A stretch of 64,000 nucleotides of DNA. It comes from Lama glama. Its lineage: Eukaryota. Positions 12,416-64,000 of this stretch are shown here, one piece after another; position 1 is the stretch's first letter, and each line of letters starts with the position of its first letter. Under the pieces are notes generated by a model. It made no database searches. It was not told the DNA's origin and saw only the letters and a program-made list of their open reading frames with translations. Position numbers and translations under genes: made by a program. The DNA lies in contig CM052817.1 in the NCBI GenBank assembly GCA_028534125.1, positions 25,794,001 to 25,858,000 of the forward strand, in the 5' to 3' direction.

Positions 12416-12901
12416 AAAGAATAGAGAATAAAATATTAAGATTTACAGGGCTTTGAAAGTCAAAACAATAGAGAATTGATCTAGTAAAATAAAAACTGAA
12501 TAATTTAAATTTCTTTTTTAAAAAATCATTTTCCTTTCCTAATAATGCAATCTAAAGCCATTAGGTGGATCACGGTAAGGATGGCGTCTGCGCTGGTGCT
12601 GAGGGAAGTCATGGTGGTCCAGTTTCAAGTATTAGAGTCCAAGTGGGGTGAAGGGGTCATCCTACAGAGGAGAGGGGTGGGCTGGGGTAGGGTGTCAGAC
12701 GCCAAGCAAGTTAAGGAACGTAATCACACAGGGGGCAGCCTGCATTGGAGAGTCAGAGCCTGAGCAGTGAGGAAGGGGTATGTGTGGAGAGGCTGACTCA
12801 AGAAAAGCCTAGAAAGAGGAGTTAGAGCCCAGCAGGGAGGGGTGGGCATCCGGGCAGAGAGGGGCTGGGGGGAGGGATTAGAGAGTGTTTGCATACAAGG
12901 G

Positions 12902-13680
12902 TGTGTTACTGAGATTTGTAATAAGAAATAACATATTTGATCTTCCTCCCAGTTTCTAGCACACAGCTCCTGAAACCTTTGGAATTTCCTGAGATGAGGG
13001 CAATTCGTTGTGTTAATGAGGTGAATTTTGGAAAGCACTAAGGATGGAGATTGGTAGCCAGGAGAACCAACTTAGTGATTAGTCCCACCTCCCTGACCTC
13101 AGGGGAGGGGGAGGGGCTGGAAGTTGAATTAGTTGCAAATGGCTAATGGTCAATGATTTAACCAATTGTGCTTATATAATAAAACCTCTATAAAAGCCCA
13201 AAAGGATGGTGTTCTGAGCGCTTCCGGGTTGGTGAACAGTTGGAGGCTCTAGGAGAGTGGTGTGATAGGTGAGGCATGGAAGCTCTGAACCCTTTCTCCA
13301 TACCTTGCCCTGTGCATCTCTTCCATCTGGTTGCTCCTGAGTTATATCCTTTTATTATAAACCAGTAAGTAAAACATTTCTATGAGCAACTCCAACAAAT
13401 TAATGGAAACCAAGGAGGAGATTGTTGAAACCTTCAATCTATAGCTGGTTGGTCAGAATCACAGGTGACACCTGGACTTAAGATTGGTGTCAGGAGTGTC
13501 TGGGTAGGTTGGGGAGGGGCAACAGTCTTGTAGGACTGAGTCCTTAACGCTTGGGATCTGACGATACTTCCAGGAAGTGTCAGAATTGAGTTAAATTGTT
13601 AGGCCACCCAGCTGGTATCGGAGAATTGCTTGGTGGTGTGGAAAAACCCCACAGACATCAGAATTGGTCCCAGAACCATT
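12902..13680 (+). mobile_element. Solo LTR, MER21-like (ERVL class), inserted in an old L1MC-type 3' end (about 12850-14915)
   Basis: Colinear similarity to the LTR at 18842-19709 (CACAGCTCCTGAAACCTTTGGAATTTCCTG; GAGAATTGCTTGGTG). Confidence 0.65.
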
Positions 13681-13844
13681 AAAGAGGGTTGATCAAGTTA
13701 GTGATTATATTAAGGATAATGAAATACTAGAATCTCACTGTTGGAGAAGGGAGTTATAAATACAAACAAGCAAACAAACAAACTAGAATGAACCCTGATA
13801 GTACTGAATTGGAATTGGACACATTAGTGTGAATTCAGTTTTCA

Positions 13845-13864
13845 AGATAGATTTAGATAGATAC

Positions 13865-13907
<43 letters not shown>
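13845..13907. repeat. (GATA)n microsatellite
   Basis: Tetranucleotide run, imperfect at its 5' end. Confidence 0.95.
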
Positions 13908-15624
13908 TTCCCTAGCTGAGTCCACAGAGAGTCTGGGAATAGCAATGACCATAACCTGTACCCAAACCTTGGCTTCTAAATACCATTTTTTACTAAAAAG
14001 AATGAAAGATCCTTGGAAAAATGGCTAGTTCCAGAGATAGGGCAGGGAAAATACAAGGTGAACCTGGAACATATTATTATGCCAGTGAACGAGGCTGTGC
14101 TCAAAGAATGTTGGGGGCATAGCAAAAGAACATGAAGTCAGCTTCCAGGAGCTTCCACTGGCCAAACTGGAGCCAATTTAAGCATAAAATAGAGTCATAA
14201 ACTATATCCCTTTGAATAAAATAAGAACCCATACAGATATAAAAAAACATACAAACTGAAATTTTGATGAGGGACAAGTTACTTATATAGTTTTAAAATA
14301 TCTCCCCCCAAATATTCATTTATTACAAAGGGCAAAGAATAACTTTACAGTTGAGAAGTCTGGCAGATACGGCTTTAATCAAATGATCAAAGTGAACATC
14401 ATCAGAGTGGGACAAATCAAAATTTTACATCACATGATAAGATGGGGTGAGACGAACACAGCATCACTTCTGTGACATTCCTGCCAAAGATGCACAATCT
14501 GTATCTAATCATGAGAAAATACCAGACAAAATAAAACTGAGAGTCATTCTACAGACTCAGTAGCCTGGAATTTTTAAACATGTTGAGGCATGAAAGTTAA
14601 GATTGAGCAGCTGATTGAAGACTAAAGAAACATGACAGTTAAATGCAATGCATGATCTTGGATTGAATTCTTTCACTATAAGGGACGTTATAGAGACAAC
14701 TGTCGAAGTTTTTATGGTTCTGTGAATTAGATGATAGCCATGTGTCGATGTTAACTTCTTGGTTTGTATGGTTGTATTGTGGTTTTGTAGATAAGTGTCT
14801 TTGTAGTAAATATAAAGTATTCTGGGGTGATGGGCCATCATACTGGCAACTTAGTTCAGGGAGAAAAAAAGTTACTTTCTGTAACTTTTGATTGTTTCAA
14901 AATTTGGTAATGTGGTGTTTAAAAAAAAAAAAAAGGCCCACTTTAGGCTTGACACACGTTCTCCATGTTCTAAGCGTCCTCCCAGTTTTCCACAAAGCAA
15001 ATTTCCTGCCCTCCTCCGGAGTTCCTCAGAATGTCTTTATATCTTCTCTCTCTCTCTCTTTTTTTTTTTTTAAGAAAAATTCACATTTATGGTGTGTTTT
15101 CAAGAAAAAACTTGAAGTCTGCAGCTACTTAATATAATATTCACATCTCTCCATCCTACTACTATGATCTTTCCTATTCTGTTTTTATTTTCCTTAATTT
15201 CTTCCCCTTCCTTTGGCATACTTCTCCTCTGTTCTTTTAGAGAAAGAGTTGTCTTCAATCAATTGTTTACCCTTGGAGGACAGGCCGAGAAGTTTTTAAA
15301 TCACTTATTTTTGGGACAAGGACTACGCTTTGGTCCCTGCATGCTCATTAGTGAAGACCTAAACACCCAGTTTAAAAAAAGATTCAAAATCTCCAGATAC
15401 AGTATATTCTTAGGTATATTCAGAATATAGGCAAGTCACAGCTTCTACTTAAGGCTCTTTATGAGACAAAAAACTTGGATCATGGGATTAATTAGAGCCA
15501 ATAGTTATTTTATGACAAGCTTTGATCTGATTTTCAGAAAAGCTAGTTTTGTTTTATCAAGAAAATCACACTAAATGTAAAGATTTAATGTTTGTGCATA
15601 AGGTTTTTTTTTAATTAAGCATTT

Positions 15625-15757
15625 TTGTTTGTTTGTTTGTTTTGAGGGGGGAAGGGAGTAATTAGATTTATTTATTTTAATGGAGGTACTGGAGATTTAA
15701 CCCAGGACCTCGGGTATGCTAAGCATGTGCTCTACCACTGAGCTACAACCTCACCCT
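15625..15757 (-). mobile_element. tRNA-Ala-derived SINE
   Basis: Same family; TSD-like AATTAA(G/C)CATTT 15613-15624 / 15760-15771. Confidence 0.85.
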
Positions 15758-15771
15758 AAAATTAACCATTT

Positions 15772-16350
15772 ATAGTGAACAATTCAGTAGTATTTAGTAC
15801 ATTAATAATGTTAGGTAACAACCACTTCTGTCTAGTTCCAAAACATTTTCATAAAGAAAATCCCTTAGTCACTAAGCAGTTACCACCCCCCCACCCCCCA
15901 TTCCTCCTTTTCCAGTCCCTGATAACCAGCTATCTGAATTCTGTCTCTGTGGATTTACCAATTCTGGATACTTCGTGTAGAATTATACCATTTGTAACAC
16001 TTTATGTCGGGCTTCTTTTATTTAGCATATTTTTAAGATTCATCCATGTTGTAGCATGAAATGTATCAACACTTCATTCCTTTTTATGACTGGAATAACA
16101 TTCTGTTGTATGTGTCTATTTCAGTTTGTTCACACATTCATGGACATTTGGCTTGTTTCTGCTTTTTGGCTAACGTGAAAAGTGCTGCTATGAACATGTG
16201 TGTACAAGTATTTGTTTGAATCCCTGTTTTTAATTCTTTAGGGTATATACCTAGGAATGGGATTGCTGAGTCATATGGTAATTCTACGTTTAACTTTTTA
16301 AGGAACTGTCAAACTGGTTTCCAAAGCAACAAAGACATTTTGCATTCATG
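15772..16350 (-). mobile_element. L1 3' end (L1MB-like)
   Basis: GATTCATCCATGTTGTAGCATG...GGGTATATACCTAGGAATGGGATTGCTGAGTCATATGGTAATTC. Confidence 0.75.
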
Positions 16351-18494
16351 AGTATAGGTTTTTAAGAGAAGTAGCCATCCAAATTCAGAAACAAAACAGG
16401 CTTTCCATCTGCTTCCTTGGATTTGGCAAATCTAGAATAAATCAATAGTTCTCACTCTGACTGTATACCATAGAGTTAAAAAAAAAAAAAGAAAAAAGAA
16501 AAAAGAAAGAAAGAAAATACAGTCTTCATTTCTAGAAATTCTGTTTCAATAAATCTGAGTTGAGCCTGAGCCACCCGAAGTGATCCCCAAGTAATTCTAG
16601 TGGCAGTTGGGAGTCAGAACTAAAATGCTAACTCAGGGGAAGTAGTGCAAAAAATTCCCTCTAGAGAATAGGAATCATTAAATTGTCATGGATCCAGAGC
16701 TAATTTTAATTTCTTAATTTCCTTGGCTATTTGATTCATAGCCATGTATCTGCACATAGAATCATGCTTGACACAGAATTGGACAAAAATAATTGGCTTA
16801 ATGTTGAATATTCAATTATATTTTAAGCTTAAAATTAATCATATATAATAGCAATTAATAATTTTTTAAACAACATTCATATTTTTAGCTACTGATGTTA
16901 GTTAGGAAACCAAAGGGAAATGTGTTCAATTTAGGATCCCTGACCAAATATTATTTTTGAATACACCATCTTTCCCTAGTTATTGTTATGCTTAGTAGAC
17001 TTTCTTTCTCTATAATATTGGTAGGAAATTATTTCTTCAAGTGGCCATCATTTTAAAGTCTAGAAGTATAAATGATAAGTTGGAGCAAAATATAAGATAA
17101 TCAAACAATACTGGCATTTACCGGAAATGTAGTGTGCAATAAAAACTCTCTATATTTATATCTACTTATTTTAAAATCTGAATTCTACCTAAATTTCCTA
17201 GTTCCTTTTTCTGTACTTAGTATTAAACATCATTATTTTTTCTCCCCAACCCCATACTATTTCTCTTTCTCTTCACCTTGGTAGCTCTCCTCTCTCTCTC
17301 TCTTTGAAAAAATATTTTCTGGATATTATAGTAAGTTATGTTACTCATTTTTTCCCCAGTATCCTTTTGACAAGCTTCATGAAATTTTTACCGGTTTTTA
17401 TAGCAGATTCTGACAAATATTTTTTCATAATGCCATGCTTTTCCAAATAAATTAGTGGTTCCTGAAGATTGCTGTAACACATACTTATTTATGCTTAAAT
17501 AAACAATCAATTTTAAGTTGTATAGTTTGTATTAAAAAAAAAATAGCTTTGTGCTCTCTAGAATTACCCCCTCCCATAGGTTGTATAATGGATTGGCTAA
17601 TTCTTCAGGGAATCTCTCCCAACAAGCAGACAACAGATCCTTTCCCAGATGAACAAGCTTAATCATGTTCCTGGTTCTTAAGTTTTAGAATGGGAAGCTG
17701 TTTTTCCCTTTTCTCTCAAATATTATATTACATAAGATTTTGTATTCAGGTGAGGATATATGTATTTCCAAAGGATACAAATATTTCCAGCTAAAAATTT
17801 TTTTTATCAATTTTCAAGTTCCAATATAGAAAAATGAAGCTGATAATTATCACTACAATGGTAATCATATTACAATATATAAATGTAGCAAACCAGTAAG
17901 TTGTACACCTTAAATTTACACCATGTTGTATGTCAAACATATTTAAATTTTTAAAAAGTGAAGCTGAGAAAGTTAAGTACATTATCTAAGTTACTAAGTG
18001 GTTGTTACTGGGTTCAAATAACCTTGTCTACATCTTCCACTGTACTTCATTACCTCTAAATAGCTTTTCTCCCTTATCTATTGAAATCCTACCTATTCTG
18101 TTAGCCTAATGAGAAAAACAGAACAATTAAAAACAAGAAACCTAGGCATTAATTGGGATCCCTGATTTATGTAAAATAGTAATACTAAATGCTTCTTGCA
18201 GCCTAAAAATAATAAATTGAGAAGTGACTTTCATAAGGCATATACTAGGAAAAGATTTGTTGCTTTGTAAACTTAATCAACATTAAAAAAATACAGACTG
18301 TTTTTAGTACAACACGTATGACAAAGGCTTCAAAAAGTCTTTTGTTAGGACTAAGGGTCATTGGGCAGTATAGTGTATATTATTAAATAATTTGCAGAAG
18401 AGCACATTAAAGTGGCCCACAAATATTTGAAAAGTTTTCAAATTTATTAGCTGTCAGAGAAATGTAAGTTAAAGTGACGATGAGTATCCTTATG

Positions 18495-20165
18495 AAGCAA
18501 TCTCTTGTGGTTTTGATTTATATTTCCCTGATGACTCATGATGTTGGGCAACTTTGCCTAAGTTTATTAGTCATTCATATATCTTCTTTGGAGAAAAGTC
18601 TGTTGAAGTCATTTGCCCATTTTTAATGGGGTTATTTGTTTTTTTATTGTTGTGTTGTAAAATTTCGTTACATATTTTGGATGAAAGTCTCTTATCAGAT
18701 AACTGACTTGCAAATATTTTCTGCCAGTCTATGGGTTGTCTTTTCACTTTCATGATGGTGTCCTCTGGGGGTCAAGAGTTTCACATTTTGATAAAGCCCC
18801 ATTTATCTATTTTTTTCTTTTGTCATTTGTGGTTTTGGTGTTGCAAGATAATAGGAAGTAAATATATTGATCTCTGCCCCTGGTTCCTGGCACAGAGCTC
18901 CTGCAACTTTTGTAATTTCCTGGGCGATAGGAGTGGCTTTTGTTGTAATGAGGTGACTCTGGATGGGCTCCTGGATGGCTCCTGGATGGGGGCTGGTCAC
19001 CAGAAAGACTAAGGCATGATTATAAGCTTGGAATTTTCAGCCCCACCCCATATTCTCTTGAGAAGGGAGAAGGGCTGAAAATGGACTTAATGATCTACCA
19101 TGCCTACGTGATGAAGCCTCCATAATCATCTGGGGTTTACAGAGCTTCCAGGTTGATGAACACACCCTCATCGGGAGGGTGACACACCCCAAATCTGCGA
19201 GAATAGAAGGTACTGAGTTCAGAGCCCTCCTAGGCCTTACTTAACCTATGTATCTCTGCATCTAGCTGTTCACCTGTATCCTCTAATAAAGTGGTAAATA
19301 TTTCCCTGAGTTCCGTGAGCTGCTCTAGCAAATTATTTGAACCTGAGAAGGAGGCAGTGTGAACCCTGATTTGTACCAAATCCAATAGAAGTTGTGTATA
19401 ACCTGGGGGCCTATTATTTGCAATTGACATCTGAATTAGGGTGGGACTGAGCTCTTAATCTGTGGCATCTGACACTATCTCCAGGTAGTGTTAGAATTAA
19501 GTCCTTATGACCTTAATTTCATACCCAGCTGGTGTGAAAGAGAATTGCTTGGTGTGTGGAAAATCACATACACATTTGGCGACCAGATGTGAAGTGAAAG
19601 TTTCTGTATAAATAGAAAAAGGAGACAAATGGGAGAGAAAGACAAGGTAGGGAAGAACTGGGTTTTTCTCTACACAGGAAGTGGAAGACTGAGGTTTTTT
19701 TCCAACTCAGGTGTCATATCCAAGAAATCACTGCTTACACCAAAATCATGATCTTCAATTTTTCCTCTAAGAATTGTATAGTTTTAACCCTTACATTTAG
19801 GTCTTTAATTCATTTAAGTTAATTTTTGTATATTCTGTGAGGTAGGGGGGCTCCTACTTCATTTTTTTGCATGGATATCCAGTTGTCCCAACACCATTTG
19901 TTGAAAAGACAGTTCTTTCCCTCACTGGATTGTCTTGAACAACCTTCCTGAAAATCAGTTGGTCACAAGTGCATGTTTTTATTTCTGGACTCTCAAGTCT
20001 ATTGCATTGATCTATATAGCTATCCTTATGCCAGTTTCACACTGTTTTGGTTCCTATAGTTCTGCAGTAAGTTTTGATGTCAAAAATGTGAGTCCTCCAA
20101 CTTTGTTGTTTTTTTTCAAGTGTTTTGTTTATTCTGGCTCCCTTGGAATTTTAGGATTAGCTTTA
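18495..20165 (-). mobile_element. L1 ORF2 fragment interrupted by a solo LTR
   Basis: Minus-strand ORF 18571-18753 (KVKRQPIDWQKIFA...) is L1 ORF2-like; L1 sequence resumes at 19710. Confidence 0.8.
18842..19709 (+). mobile_element. Solo LTR, MER21-like (ERVL class)
   Basis: TG...CA termini with 5-bp TSD GGTGT at 18837-18841 and 19710-19714. Confidence 0.78.
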
Positions 20166-20515
20166 TTTCTATAGCTGGGAATAGACCCATAACAAGAGAT
20201 GGAATTTGCAACTGAAACAACTTCCCACCAAAGAAAAAAGTGCTCAATAAGACTAATTGCCTAATATCTCTTAATAAGTTGACTTCTTTCAGTTCCTCGT
20301 ATCTATTCTTACTCTGTCACTTTACAGTGACCTCTTCTTCTGAGAGAAAATCAATAGTCTTAAAAATACCTACTATGAACCTCTTGAATTGCTTCTCCGT
20401 GGTTTGCAGGACTCTATACTCTCCTGATTTTATTTCTTTCTTTCTTTCTTTTCTTTCTTTCTTTCTTTTTTTTTTTTGTTGGCCTAATTTAACTTTTCTA
20501 TATGTAAACTTCCAC

Positions 20516-20990
20516 TGAAGGGTGGTAGAGTATATCACCCCAAAATATGCCACTTTGGCATAAGGATTATTTTGAGCTAAAGGTATAGGAGATGCAAAAG
20601 GACATTCTACTCTTCCCTTTTCATCCTGAAAACAGGAGATCAAAAACTCCCGTGTAAAAGATGCCCTCCCTGTACCAGAAGGAAACTAACATTCCTACTA
20701 TCAATGAAAAGTTGAGATTAATTCTGTACAAACAGACCTTGTTAAAATTATTTTCTTCCTTTAGCTTTACTACATAATTTAGTTACTTTTTCACAATTGT
20801 TTCTCTTTGTTCAATCCAACAGAAAAGCACATAAGTTTCACCAATTCTTTGGATCTCTTCCTTATGAGGGCTCCCATATCATGCAAACATAACACATCTA
20901 AATTTGTATGCTTTTCTGCTGTTAATTGGTCTTCTATCAGTTTAATTCTCAGGCCCTAAGAAGGTAAAAGTAAAATTTTGTCTCTTTACA
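20516..20990 (+). mobile_element. Solo LTR, MER34-like (ERV1 class)
   Basis: TGAAGGG...CACCCCAAAATATGCCACTTTGGCATAAGGATTATTTTGAGCT...CTCTTTACA. Confidence 0.65.
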
Positions 20991-21662
20991 TTCCCTAAAT
21001 CTAAAAAGTCCCATTCACTCTTAAATATTACAAGGACAATTTCTGAATTTCTACTCCTCCAACCTTTTTCTCCTTCACCCAATGACCTATTAAAGAAATC
21101 TCCGTTTACTTTGCAATTCTTGCATCCAGAGTTAAAAATCTGAAGATATGACCAGCAGAAATCAATCTTCAGCTTTAACATCCTTTGAATGGCTGCAGAC
21201 TAATCTCTTTCGAGGGAACCAATTCTTAGCTGCTTTTATCCAACACTTAGCTCCTTTCTTTTCTTGAACTTCTCAGCGCCCCCTCTGGCCACTAGACTCC
21301 TTAGCTGCCCCCGTTGCAATTTACGCAGGCGCATTCCGGGTCTCACAGTGCCCGCCTCCTCGCGGTGAGTCTCCGAATCTCCTCCAATCAGGGCCCAGCC
21401 AGAAAGCCCAGGCTCAGCAAGGCCTCGCGACGCTCAGCTTCTGGGGGTTTTGCTTCGCTGGCGTCACGTCATCCCAGTCCACGCCTCCCTCCCTCTCTCC
21501 CTCCCCTGCGCAGGGCTCCGAGAGGCACCGCCCTTCAGCTGGCGCTCGCTGATTGGTCACTGCTCGCGCTGTCTCCTGGGTGACGGGAACGCGGTAGCCT
21601 TCTTGGAAGAGACCGGGTGCGCCTGCGCACTTGCTAGATCGCGCGGCCGCTGGAGCTTTGAG

Positions 21663-63818
<42,156 letters not shown>

Positions 63819-64000
63819 TAACATGATGCGTTAGTATTTTGGGACTTCCAAAAACTAGCCTTAGAAGAAAGCCCCCACTTCCCCTTATGAAATAAATCAA
63901 TGCCAATGAAATATTTATTCTTTTCTATTTTTCTAAAAATTAGTTCTAAGTGTTTAAATTCAAAGGCTGTTGTAGTTAACATGTGAGAGTGTGTTTTCTA

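Noticed and set aside
12902..19709. Two related same-orientation LTRs about 6 kb apart, suggesting a provirus
   Set aside because: The second LTR has its own 5-bp TSD and interrupts an L1. The sequence between them is L1, SINE and unique DNA with no gag/pol, and the LTRs are clearly diverged. These are two independent solo LTRs.
21274..21291. CTCF-like motif CAGCGCCCCCTCTGGCCA at the island edge
   Set aside because: One base short of the CTCF spacing (GCGCCCCCT-NN-TGG); cannot be supported without a PWM score or ChIP data.

Overview
Mammalian genomic DNA, probably a camelid, judged from an abundant young tRNA-Ala-derived SINE and artiodactyl-type L1 3' ends. It has two fixed-length 500-N assembly gaps. 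The window holds the last coding exon and 3' UTR of KLHL5 (+), a repeat-rich intergenic region of about 16 kb, a CpG-island promoter, and the first 25 coding exons of WDR19/IFT144 (+). WDR19 starts at ATG 21663. The 25 exons splice into one open frame of 2876 nt (about 958 codons) and the gene continues past the window end. Intron 12 is a GC-AG intron. I see no evidence of a new biological system. The best items missed by the ORF track are a tailless WDR75 mRNA fragment inserted antisense in WDR19 intron 6, a U13 snoRNA retrocopy, an unidentified ~90-bp polyadenylated retrocopy nested in an L1, a young sense L1 filling most of intron 18 with an antisense partner in intron 20, and an RFX X-box/NF-Y/NRF1 promoter. 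Gene and repeat names are recognised from memory, not from database searches. Repeat boundaries without target-site duplications are approximate.
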